Positions 1 through 10,400 of a stretch of 40,989 nucleotides of DNA are shown in pieces. The notes beneath the pieces were generated by a model that worked only from the letters and a program-made list of their open reading frames with translations, was not told the origin of the DNA and ran no database searches. Numbering within the stretch: the stretch's first letter is position 1; every line of letters begins with the position of its first letter. Position numbers and translations under genes: made by a program. Source of the stretch: a virus (lineage: Duplodnaviria; Caudoviricetes); IMG/VR virus record IMGVR_UViG_3300032304_002086, positions 1-40,989 of that record, one strand, 5' to 3'.

Positions 1-1
1 C

Positions 2-1054
2 ATGGCTATTGGTCGTATTTCCGGTCAGCTCTTAAAGTCTAACTTACTCCGTGCGGGTGAGAATTTAGCCTTTGAGACAGACTTACTCTATCTGGATGTT
101 GTGAACTCTCGTATCGGGATAAAGACAGCAGCCCCTACCACTGACCTAGATGTTAACGGACACATTCGCTCTACAAACATCACAGTAGATAATCAACTAA
201 ACATTGGTGACCTGCATTTTACAGGTAATACCATTACCAGCGATTCTAATACTATAAATTTCGCAGCGGCCGCAGGTGAAGCCACTGTATATCATTCAAG
301 ACTGCAGATAGACGATTTACAACTGCAGGGCAACATCATATCAACCACAGTTAGCAATAGCAGTATAGAGCTAGACCCTAATGGCACTGGTACAGTTAAC
401 ATCATAGCTAATACCAATATCACAGGTAACCTTGTGGTCACCGGTAATGTCAATGCCACAGGCAATGTGGTCATTGGCGGAAATATACAAATCGGTGATG
501 CACTCACAGACAATATTGTGATTAATGCCAGCATCCGCAGTGATCTAGTACCAGAAACCGACAATACCTACGATTTGGGATCTGCTACATATAGATGGCG
601 AGCTGTGTATACCGGAGCATTGTACACAACAGCAGTCAACGTGCCTGCACTTGATGTAGGTAATTTGATGTTCCGTGACAACGAAATTACCACCACTACT
701 GGACAAGATCTTTATATTGATGGCAATGGCGCAGGCGGTGTAAGACTAGGTAATTTTAGAATAGTCGACAACGTTATCACTAATGTGGTGTCAGATGCTG
801 TTTCTCAAATAGCACAGTCCGGCACCGGTTATTTCAAAATACAAGGTACCAACGGATTTGTTCCTCCTAGAGGCAATGACGCAGAACGTCCAACTCTGTA
901 CGCAGTGTTAGGTATGACTAGATATAATATAAACTCAAAGGCTTTAGAAATATGGGACGGATTGACATGGGCATCTCCTGCTGGATCAAGCGGTGCTGTA
1001 TCTGAAACCACAGCCAACGATATTTCAGCAGCATTTGCGATTGCACTAGGATAA
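2..1054 (+). CDS. Phage virion structural / tail-fibre-associated protein (350 aa)
   Basis: Beta-rich Gly/Asn/Thr repeats (GNLVVTGNVNATGNVVIGGNI), plus the RIGIKTAAPTTDLDVNG and PETDNTYDLGSATYRW motifs typical of phage fibre shafts; first gene of a co-oriented structural block. Confidence 0.65.
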   Translation: MAIGRISGQLLKSNLLRAGENLAFETDLLYLDVVNSRIGIKTAAPTTDLDVNGHIRSTNITVDNQLNIGDLHFTGNTITSDSNTINFAAAAGEATVYHSRLQIDDLQLQGNIISTTVSNSSIELDPNGTGTVNIIANTNITGNLVVTGNVNATGNVVIGGNIQIGDALTDNIVINASIRSDLVPETDNTYDLGSATYRWRAVYTGALYTTAVNVPALDVGNLMFRDNEITTTTGQDLYIDGNGAGGVRLGNFRIVDNVITNVVSDAVSQIAQSGTGYFKIQGTNGFVPPRGNDAERPTLYAVLGMTRYNINSKALEIWDGLTWASPAGSSGAVSETTANDISAAFAIALG

Positions 1055-1061
1055 AAATAAA

Positions 1062-1394
1062 ATGCCAACCCTATTTAGACACGCAGTTACAACATCAGTA
1101 GGTATTACACCTGTAGATGTGTTACAGATTCAAGAAGGAGTCAGAGCCACAGTGATTGGTTGCAACATTGCCAATGTCACTGACTACGATACCGTGGTTG
1201 TTAACATGTATGTAGTTGACGAAAACTCCACACAGGCTACTTATGTGCGAGGTATTATCATAGCTCCTAACAGCACAGTTAAAGTTATTACACAAGGTGA
1301 AAAATTAATTTTACCTGCAACTTCAGGAATACGTATCGAAGCAGATACTGAAGACAGTGTAGATGTTGTAATCAGTTATGTTGAGATATCATAA
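1062..1394 (+). CDS. Small beta-rich phage structural protein (110 aa)
   Basis: Compact ORF 7 nt after the previous stop; pattern ATVIGCNIANVT...VVISYVEI resembles 15358..15678. Confidence 0.6.
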   Translation: MPTLFRHAVTTSVGITPVDVLQIQEGVRATVIGCNIANVTDYDTVVVNMYVVDENSTQATYVRGIIIAPNSTVKVITQGEKLILPATSGIRIEADTEDSVDVVISYVEIS

Positions 1395-1403
1395 GGATAT
1401 ATT

Positions 1404-1769
1404 ATGCCAAGTACATATTATTTAGGTCAAAGTCCAGATGAAGCATTGGGAGATTCGCCAAGATATTGGTATGCCCTGCGCAGGAACGAAGACGGAGAAT
1501 TGTTTCTGTTAAGAAGTGATCAACTCAAAGACAAAGACAGTATTGAATTAAATCTTCCCGGCGCACCTTCTGAAAACTTTGAAGATTTTGAACCAGGTGT
1601 TGATTATTTTGAAGGCATTGCTGCCGATCATGAAGTTGAATATGATAATCTGGTATGGACTCAATATCGCTGGGACAACAGAAACATGCTGTACTACATA
1701 GACAGTCAAGGTAGACTAACACAAAGAATTAATCAAGGATACACATATCCTACAGGACATTCAAGTTAA
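1404..1769 (+). CDS. Hypothetical protein (121 aa, acidic)
   Basis: AAGGA Shine-Dalgarno upstream; fits the operon; no recognisable motif. Confidence 0.7.
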   Translation: MPSTYYLGQSPDEALGDSPRYWYALRRNEDGELFLLRSDQLKDKDSIELNLPGAPSENFEDFEPGVDYFEGIAADHEVEYDNLVWTQYRWDNRNMLYYIDSQGRLTQRINQGYTYPTGHSS

Positions 1770-1782
1770 CACGGAATAAATT

Positions 1783-4700
1783 ATGGCAGAATTTAGAATC
1801 AGTAGAATTAGATACACATGGCGAAACTCATGGACCACTACCACGGCATACAATCGTGATGATGTAATTAGATACGGCGGCAGCACATGGATCTGTCAAC
1901 GTCAACACACTGCTGGTGCATTTGCTGCTGATCAAGCATATCTTGCAAATCCTAGCGATTCAGCTCCAACTCCTGCATGGTTAAAAATGACCGATGGCTA
2001 CGCTTGGAGAGGACTGTGGACAACAACTCCAACTTTGTACAATCCAGGCGATCTTGCCCTTGCAGGCGGAGTTATATATCTATGCGTGACTAGTCATACA
2101 TCAACATCAACTTTTGATGCAAACATAGCCGATTGGGCTGTGTATCTTTCTGCAGATAACTGGAGAACTGAATGGGCTCCTGCTACACGCTACAGTATTG
2201 GAGATGTGATACGATACAACGGCGTGGTCTATCGCTGCATAGTAGGTCACACATCGTCGACAACAGCTTTAGGTCTAGAGATAGGTAACAACGATGCTGA
2301 AGACGATAGCACAGGTGAACTGTGGCAGGTCTACTACGAAGGTATTCAATATGTAGGTGCATGGACTGCTGCTACAAGGTACAGACTTAACGATTTAGTC
2401 AAGTACGGTGGAAGTGTTCTTCGCTGTGTGATAGGGCATGTAGCTGCCGCAAATATTACCAATGCCAATTTTGTCACACAATTCCCTGGACAGAATTTCT
2501 ATGATGAATGGTCCAACGCAGTTTATTACGCAATAGGAGATGTAGTTAGACACGGAGGTTATCTTTACGTAGCGTCTGCTAATAATTACGCCAGCGTCAG
2601 TCCATCGCAGGACAGCGTAAATTGGACTGTGTTATCTAAAGCAGTAAATTTTGCAGGAACATGGGATGCAGACGTTGATTATAAAACCGGTGATGTTGTA
2701 CGCCGTGGTGGAAATTTATACATCGCCACAGCAGATACCACCCATGATGGCAGTTCTCTAGACTATTTAGATATTCAAAACTGGGATCTAGTTACAGTAG
2801 CACAATCTTGGCGTAACACCTGGGTTGAAGGAAGTACATATAGTGTTAATGATGTTGTAATATATCTTGGTAATACCTACACTTGTAATTTAGAACATGA
2901 TGCTACATCTTCTAATTTTCCAGGAGACAACGGATCAGGTTTCTTCTATTGGGATTTAATTCTACAAGCTGGCCAACCGGTTGGTATGAATCTACGTGGT
3001 GATCTGTTAACCTATGACCTTTCAGGAACGCTACAAGGTGATGGCAGCTCGTTTGGACCCACAAGAGTACCGGTAGGATCAGCAAATCAAGTGGTCATAG
3101 TCAACAATCAAAACAGTGTTGACTATGCGTTCTGGGGCGATTTAACCAGAGTACGATATGTAGATCTCGACGGAGTCGATGACAACACCAATCCAGAACG
3201 CGGTACTAGTTCTTTCCTTCCTTGGAGAACCATACGCTATGCCTGCGAACAAATGGATGATGGATTTAATGGTACTACCACTATCAAAGTTTCAGTGGGA
3301 GAATTTGAAGAAATAACGCCAATCATAGTTCCACGAAGCACTGTGGTTCTAGGAGCAGAACTTAGGTCTACAACTATAAAAGCATCAGGACCTGTTGCGA
3401 CATTCGCTAATTATACTCCGGTGATGCTGGCAGTATTGGCCAGAATTTCTGCACTGGTAAGCAATGTTGTTAGGGGTTTACCTGTGGTTAAAACTGATGG
3501 AAACACAGAAGACCCTGTGATTCCGTTTACCAGTCAAGCAGTAAACACTTCTTTTGATCCCCCACAGTTTACACAGATTCCAACTGTGCCGCCTTCCTTT
3601 GACGGCTTTGGTAATGAATTGACTGTACCAGGGCCTGAAATTTATGAGAGTACAACTTCGATCTCAGTGCCCTTAACTGGTTTTGATACAGATACTATCG
3701 CTAGAATAGTTACAATAATCAATAACGTAACTGGGTATATCAACTTTTTTATTAATAGCACAGGATCGAATCCCACACTTAGCGGAACAAATTCGTTGGC
3801 CACAACAGCAGCAGTGTTGAATGTGGCCACAGCATTGCAGCAGAACAAAGAATTTTTTCAAGCAGAAGCTGTGGCCTTTGTATCTGCAAATTATCCTACT
3901 TTTAGTTCTATCAGCGAACTCACAAGAAAATTTGCTGGTAGATTTATAGATGCATTTACATATGATGTGAGATATACTGGTAACTACAAATCTCTATCAG
4001 AAGCTAGATATTATAGAAATCATGTGCTGGGATGCACTGAAACAGAAGACATGTTTTATGTAAGAAATGCCACAGGCATTAGAAACTGCACACTGAAAGG
4101 TCTTGAATCATCACTGAATCCACCTGCAGCATTTGATCTATATCAATTGCCTTTGGGCGGAGCATACGTGTCGCTGGATCCAGGATGGGGACCTGCAGAC
4201 ACCCGTGTATGGATCACTACTCGATCACCGTATATACAGGGTGTTACAACTATCGGAACAGGATGTGTTGGACAAAAAGTTGACGGCTCTTTGCATGCCG
4301 GTGGTAACAGATCTATCGTATCTAACGACTTTACACAGGTTCTCAGCGACGGAATTGGTGCATGGGTGTTGAATAATGCCAGAGCTGAATTGGTATCTGT
4401 GTTCTCATACTATGCACACATTGGATATCTTGCACAAGATGGCGGAATCATCAGAGCCACTAACGGAAACAGTTCATACGGTACCTACGGAACAATTGCA
4501 GACGGCATTGACGCCACTGAAGTACCACAAATTGCAAGAAACTATACCAGAGCACAACAGGCCATAGTAGCAGCAGCATTTGCTGGAGACTTTGTCGACG
4601 AAATACAGATTTTAGAGTGGGTCAATGCAGGTCAAGACTATTCCAGTGTAACAGCTGAGTTTGTAGGAGCTGGTATTGATGCTGAAGTGGTATTTGAAGA

Positions 4701-7455
4701 TTTCCGCGACGATGCAGTATTTGAAGCTAGACTTCTAGATGCCAATGCAGGCACTGCACAAATTGCACAGTCCATAGGCGGTGGCGGATACACGCTGGTA
4801 CAGAACAATGCCCAAACTGGTGATGCTACCACTATCACCATAGCCACTAATGATCCAAATTCTATCACAGAATATCTTGGTATGCGTATTATTCTTACCA
4901 GCGGTGCAGGTACAGGACAATACGGTTATATCGCAGCTTACAACAATCTCTCCAAAGTAATAACAGTATACAGAGAATCGGATGATCAACCAGGCTGGGA
5001 TCACGTGGTTCCGGGAAAACCTCTTACAATACCTTTGCTGACTAATACCACATATAGAATAGAGCCTAGGGTGATTTTTTCAGCCCCTACATACGAAGCG
5101 CAAGAGATACTGGCACCGACTAATACCACCTGGACTGATATCGTCTACGGTGATACCACAGAATTCTATTCTAATGTAGCAGTTAACGAGCCTGGCACAG
5201 GTACAACCATAGACGTTGTAGCAGCATTGGCCACATTTAATGTGGTAAAACAAGGCAGAGATTATACCCTAACTATTAATAACGCAGGCGCAGGATATCA
5301 AGCCGGTCAGCTACTAACCATTGACGGTGACCTCTTAGGAGGCGCTACACCGCTTAATGATTTACTTATTTTAGTCACTGATGTCAGCGACGACAGTACC
5401 AACTCAATACTAGCTGCACAACAAAAAACTTACGGTACAGGCGAAGATAACGAAGCTGCCAGCGGACGATTTGTAGCAATCTCTTCGGGGGGTTCTGCAG
5501 CACTTTATAGCGACAACGGCGTTGATTGGACTGATTTCAATATGCCTAGCGCCGGTAGTTGGAAGTGTTTGGCAGCAGGTAGAATAACTTATCCTGCAGT
5601 AGGTAATTATCGATTTGTAGCCATACGTCAAAGCAGTGATGTTGCAGCCAGCTCATTAGATGGTATAAACTGGATCTCAACAAGCATGCCAGCATCACGC
5701 CAGTGGAACTCGGTTATATATGGCGGTGGTTTATTCATCGCTGTGGCCACTGATTCAAATTCAGCAGCATACAGTTTGAATGGACTCAACTGGGCCAATC
5801 TAACACTGCCATCGGGTGATTCTACCATCAACGAATGGACGGATATAGCCTACGGAAAGAATACTTACGTGGTGTTAGGAAACAGTGGAAACACTGTAGC
5901 TGTGGGAACTTATAATTCTACATTGAACACATGGTCTTGGCAGTACCAAATCATGGACGTGATCGCAGATTCTAGTGCTAAAAATTGGGTCAGTATCGCA
6001 TATGGTAATGACAGATTTGTAGCGATATCCAGCACAGGAGATGTTGGTTATAGCTTTGATGGAAGCTTCTGGTTGCCCGCTACTATGCCATCACAGGACG
6101 GAAGTACTGCACATAACTGGAAGAAGATTCGATATGCACAGGGCGTGTTTTTCGCTATAGGTGATACAGGCGGCCGAGATATCGGTGCCGATCCAACAGC
6201 AGTGCCTACAAATTACGCAGCTCAGTCTGGAGATGGTATAGTATGGACAGCTAGAACATTGGCTTCATCTAAGGAATGGGTCAGCATAGCATTCGGTACC
6301 CCTCATACAGATGCTAGAGATTCCACAGTAGGCAAAAGCACTCCAACATGGATAGCTATTGACAACGCAGAAACGTTCAATAAGATACAGACAGGCGCAC
6401 GAGCCTTAGGACGAGTAACACTGAGTTCCGGTATCATACGTTCGATAAAATTATGGGATCCAGGTTCAGGCTACACAGAAGGTCCTACCTGCACATTGGT
6501 TGATCCTAATAACGGGTCTGATGCTCGTGTTGAATCTCGAACAGCTGACGGTGTTATAGGAAGTACTAGTTGGATTAATCGAGGACTTGGCTATCGTACT
6601 CTCAGTACCACTGTCACCGTAACAGGCAACGGATTTGCAGATGTAATACCTAGCGGTAAATTTATTGTTATAAACGATTTAACATCATATCCAACTCTTG
6701 GAGCTAATTTAGTAATCGCAGGATTAACTGGATCATACACATTAGTAAGCCTTGATGAAATAGGTCTCACAGATAGAGGCCTGGCTGCAAGAATACGTAT
6801 TTCACCTGAGATTAAAGTTCGTGATAATTTATCACATCTCACAGAAATTACAATTAGAACACAGTTTAGTCAATGCAGAATTACAGGACACGATTTCTTA
6901 GATATAGGCACAGGAAATTTTGAAGAAACTAATTATCCTGAATTGTATGCAGGATTTTACACACCAGCCCCGGAAAACGAAGTAGTAGAGTTAGATCGTG
7001 GCAGAGTATTTTATACTTCAACCGATCAAAGCGGTAACTTTAGAACTGGTGAATTGTTTGCAGTAGAACAAGCCACAGGTATTGTTACTATTAGCTCAGA
7101 CTTCTTTGATCTGGGCGGACTATCAGAACTGAGATTGGGCGGTATTAGGGTGGGTGGCACAGGAGCAGTGGTTAGAGAATTTTCTACTGATCCATTGTTT
7201 ACAGCAGATTCTAACAACATAATACCAACTCAACGTGCTATTGCATCATATCTTGCTTCAAGATTAAGCGTTGGTGGCTCGGAAATTGCAGTAGGTAGTT
7301 TTATTGCTGGTACAATTCTGGTAGGTCCTGATAGAATTAACAACGTTGCAAATCTGCGTATCATAATTCCAGTAAGAGCAGAATTTGATGGACCAGATTC
7401 CGCAGTAACTGGTATGATGTTGGCACAAGCAATGTTTAAAAAGTCGTTTAATTGA
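1783..7455 (+). CDS. Giant multidomain virion structural protein (1890 aa): 7 N-terminal CBM5/12-like repeats, beta-helix-like core, Asp-box/BNR propeller repeats, conserved C-terminal domain
   Basis: Repeats W-x4-Y-x2-(G/N)DV(V/I)R(Y/H)GG-x2-Y-x-C-x3-H; core RSPYIQ...SNDFTQVLSDGIG...RAELVSVFSYY...RATNGNSSYG; S-x-DG-x2-W repeats (about 5460-6330); C-terminal GHDFLDIGTG...TSTDQSGNFR...PTQRAI, as in structural proteins of T4-like aquatic phages. Confidence 0.75.
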   Translation: MAEFRISRIRYTWRNSWTTTTAYNRDDVIRYGGSTWICQRQHTAGAFAADQAYLANPSDSAPTPAWLKMTDGYAWRGLWTTTPTLYNPGDLALAGGVIYLCVTSHTSTSTFDANIADWAVYLSADNWRTEWAPATRYSIGDVIRYNGVVYRCIVGHTSSTTALGLEIGNNDAEDDSTGELWQVYYEGIQYVGAWTAATRYRLNDLVKYGGSVLRCVIGHVAAANITNANFVTQFPGQNFYDEWSNAVYYAIGDVVRHGGYLYVASANNYASVSPSQDSVNWTVLSKAVNFAGTWDADVDYKTGDVVRRGGNLYIATADTTHDGSSLDYLDIQNWDLVTVAQSWRNTWVEGSTYSVNDVVIYLGNTYTCNLEHDATSSNFPGDNGSGFFYWDLILQAGQPVGMNLRGDLLTYDLSGTLQGDGSSFGPTRVPVGSANQVVIVNNQNSVDYAFWGDLTRVRYVDLDGVDDNTNPERGTSSFLPWRTIRYACEQMDDGFNGTTTIKVSVGEFEEITPIIVPRSTVVLGAELRSTTIKASGPVATFANYTPVMLAVLARISALVSNVVRGLPVVKTDGNTEDPVIPFTSQAVNTSFDPPQFTQIPTVPPSFDGFGNELTVPGPEIYESTTSISVPLTGFDTDTIARIVTIINNVTGYINFFINSTGSNPTLSGTNSLATTAAVLNVATALQQNKEFFQAEAVAFVSANYPTFSSISELTRKFAGRFIDAFTYDVRYTGNYKSLSEARYYRNHVLGCTETEDMFYVRNATGIRNCTLKGLESSLNPPAAFDLYQLPLGGAYVSLDPGWGPADTRVWITTRSPYIQGVTTIGTGCVGQKVDGSLHAGGNRSIVSNDFTQVLSDGIGAWVLNNARAELVSVFSYYAHIGYLAQDGGIIRATNGNSSYGTYGTIADGIDATEVPQIARNYTRAQQAIVAAAFAGDFVDEIQILEWVNAGQDYSSVTAEFVGAGIDAEVVFEDFRDDAVFEARLLDANAGTAQIAQSIGGGGYTLVQNNAQTGDATTITIATNDPNSITEYLGMRIILTSGAGTGQYGYIAAYNNLSKVITVYRESDDQPGWDHVVPGKPLTIPLLTNTTYRIEPRVIFSAPTYEAQEILAPTNTTWTDIVYGDTTEFYSNVAVNEPGTGTTIDVVAALATFNVVKQGRDYTLTINNAGAGYQAGQLLTIDGDLLGGATPLNDLLILVTDVSDDSTNSILAAQQKTYGTGEDNEAASGRFVAISSGGSAALYSDNGVDWTDFNMPSAGSWKCLAAGRITYPAVGNYRFVAIRQSSDVAASSLDGINWISTSMPASRQWNSVIYGGGLFIAVATDSNSAAYSLNGLNWANLTLPSGDSTINEWTDIAYGKNTYVVLGNSGNTVAVGTYNSTLNTWSWQYQIMDVIADSSAKNWVSIAYGNDRFVAISSTGDVGYSFDGSFWLPATMPSQDGSTAHNWKKIRYAQGVFFAIGDTGGRDIGADPTAVPTNYAAQSGDGIVWTARTLASSKEWVSIAFGTPHTDARDSTVGKSTPTWIAIDNAETFNKIQTGARALGRVTLSSGIIRSIKLWDPGSGYTEGPTCTLVDPNNGSDARVESRTADGVIGSTSWINRGLGYRTLSTTVTVTGNGFADVIPSGKFIVINDLTSYPTLGANLVIAGLTGSYTLVSLDEIGLTDRGLAARIRISPEIKVRDNLSHLTEITIRTQFSQCRITGHDFLDIGTGNFEETNYPELYAGFYTPAPENEVVELDRGRVFYTSTDQSGNFRTGELFAVEQATGIVTISSDFFDLGGLSELRLGGIRVGGTGAVVREFSTDPLFTADSNNIIPTQRAIASYLASRLSVGGSEIAVGSFIAGTILVGPDRINNVANLRIIIPVRAEFDGPDSAVTGMMLAQAMFKKSFN

Positions 7456-7468
7456 AATACATAACAAA

Positions 7469-7475
7469 CTAAATA
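7469..7475 (+). promoter_or_regulatory. Putative T4-type late promoter variant (CTAAATA)
   Basis: TAAATA core in the short intergenic gap, upstream of a GGAG RBS and the ATG at 7494. Confidence 0.45.
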
Positions 7476-7493
7476 TAGAATACGGAGTAGAAA

Positions 7494-10400
7494 ATGGCAG
7501 AATTTAAATTAGGTAGAATTAGATTTGTATGGAAAGATACTTGGGCAGCAGCAACGACTTATTACATCGATGATGTAGTAAGATACGGTGCTCGCACATA
7601 TATCTGTGCGGTGGGACATACCTCTGCAGCAGACTTTAATACTGATCTAGAATACAATCCAACTAAATGGAATCAGATGAGCGACGGTCAGGCGTGGACC
7701 GGCGACTGGAATGTCAGTACTTTCTACAAACTCAACGATGTGGTCAAATATGGCGGATTGTTGTATATCTGTAATGACAGTCACACATCTGCTGCTACTA
7801 CAGCGTCAGGCCTAGAAGCTGATCAAGCCAAATGGACTGTGTATGCCGAAGGTTTTGATTGGAAAAATGCTTGGGCAACTTCTACTCGTTACAAGGTAAA
7901 TGATTTAGTCAAGTATGGTGGATATACTTATGTATGTAATCTTTACCACACATCTGCAGCTACTACAGCAGCAGGCCTAGAAGCTGATCAAGCCAAGTGG
8001 GATACATTTAATCCTGGCGTAGAATACAAAGGAACATGGTCCACTGCTGTTAGATACAAACTCAATGATGTAGTAAAATACGGTGCTGGCCTATGGATCT
8101 GCACCACACAACATACTGCTGATGCTGCATTTTTAACAGACAGCACTGCAGGTCGTTGGAGCCAGTTTACTGAAGGCACTGAATTTGAAAACACCTGGAA
8201 TTCCGCTACACTGTACCAACCAGGCGACATAGTTGTTTACGGTGGTAATCAATATATTGCAAAAACTGTGCATACTGCCGCAGCCGCTACAGAAACACCT
8301 ACAACACAAGCAGCAAGATGGGATCTATACACAGAAGGATTTAAATTTCAATCTGCATGGGCTAACACTACATCATACAAGATAGGTGAAGTGGTATCCA
8401 TCGGCGGCTATACTTATTTGGCAGCACAGGATTCTCCTTCAAACGCTTACACTGTAACAGCAGTAACAGCATCTACAGATGAATTTACTATAGCATCAAC
8501 AGCAGGCATAGTAGTAGGCATGACTGTGAGATTTACTGGTACAACATTTGGTAATGTGTTTACCACAGCTAGATATTATGTAAAAACAGTAGCAGCTGGA
8601 AATATTACTATTAGTACCACATCTGGTGGTACAACATTTAATATCACTGCAGATGCTGCAGGCACAATGACTGCCACAGTTTCTGCAGAACCACCAAACA
8701 CCACATACTGGTCGAGACTCAATGCTGGTATCAGCTGGCAAGGTCTATGGTCTGATGATCGAGATTATCTGCTAGGTGACGCAGTAAGATTTGGAGCAAA
8801 TGCTTACATCTGTATGTTAGCTCATAGATCAGAAGGCGATGACGGATCTACAGTAGGTGCAGCAGGCGGCGGACAAGCCAACTCAAGACCTGATCAAGAT
8901 ACTGTAGGTACATACTGGAGTCTATTAAGTGTAGGTTCTGAAACTGATATTCTTTCTGTAAGAGGCGATTTAGTCTACTACGGCGGATCTGGTCCTACAC
9001 GACTGCCAATCGGTCTAGAAGGACAGGTATTAACTTCCAATGGTGTAGATCCAGAATGGGTCACTCTAGGTGAGGTTGATCACACATATTTTGTAGCGAC
9101 CACAGGTGTTGACGGTCCTTCACCAATACACGGCAGAACTTGGGACAAGCCTTGGAAAACTATTCGATACGCTTGCGAACAAGTTGAGAAGGGTCCTCGC
9201 AATCCCGATGCCCGATATCTACTAGAACTGAATCGTGTGTTTATTCAACGTGAAGTTACAGAATTTATTCAGCGTCAAATCACCACAAACACAGCACCAT
9301 TTACTTCCGCATTCGTCTACGATGATTTCAAGTGCGAGCGAGATGTAGGTTTTACATTGGATGCAGTGATCTATGATCTATGCCATGGCGGTAATATTAA
9401 ATCACGCGGAGTTGCTAATTCATTAATCGGCGGACTCAGCGAAGATGAGACAGAAGCATATCCAGGACTGGCTATTGAATCAGATGAATCTGTAGCTGCC
9501 TACAACTACATGCTCACAGTTGTCGGAAATGTATTAGCACAGACAGCCCCAACAATAAACTATCAGACACTGAACGGCGACAATTCTACTGCCACAGTAG
9601 CCCAATATTTCAACAGCGATCTCACAGCAGAAACCGGGGCATTGGCTAATGTGACAGCAAGTGTTACACTGATCACCGATGCAATTACAGCTAGAGCAGC
9701 AGCGGTCACAGCACCTCAGATAGCAGCTGCCATAGCCAGTGTACCAGCAAGACGTAGTCCTAGTAATCTAATCAACGTGGCCACCGGACGGTATCGCGAA
9801 ACATTACCGATCATTGTGCCAGAACAAACCTGTATACAAGGCGACGAACTACGTTCGACTAATACAGGACCTGCAGGCAGTCAGACTAACAGATCTGATG
9901 CTGGCTACAGCATAGGTGCATTAACTAGATTACAAACAGTGGTTGATCAAATTGTACGAGGAGCTAACGTTACAGAAAGCTCAGGCAATACAGCAGTTCA
10001 AAGCGCATCATTCCCATATGCCAGCACCGACGAAGCAGCAGACGCAGCACAGTTGGTCAGAGTCATGCAACATCAGATTGATTTCAAGATCAGTTCTACG
10101 TTCATGGAAAGTTCCGCAGATCCTACAGGATATAACACATCATTCTTATCAGGATTCAAAGACGCAAGAACACTGCTACGTGAAAACAAAGAATTTATCA
10201 AAGAAGAAGTCACTGCATTTTTAACAGTGAATTTTCCTACTGTGTTATACAGCAGAACCAAATGCAAACGTGATGTGGCATTTATTGTTGATGCCATGGG
10301 CTATGACTTGACCTATGGCGGAACATGGGCCACACTAGTAGCTGGAACAGCCTACTTTGACGGTGATAACAGCACAACATTACAGATTGACAGCACAGAA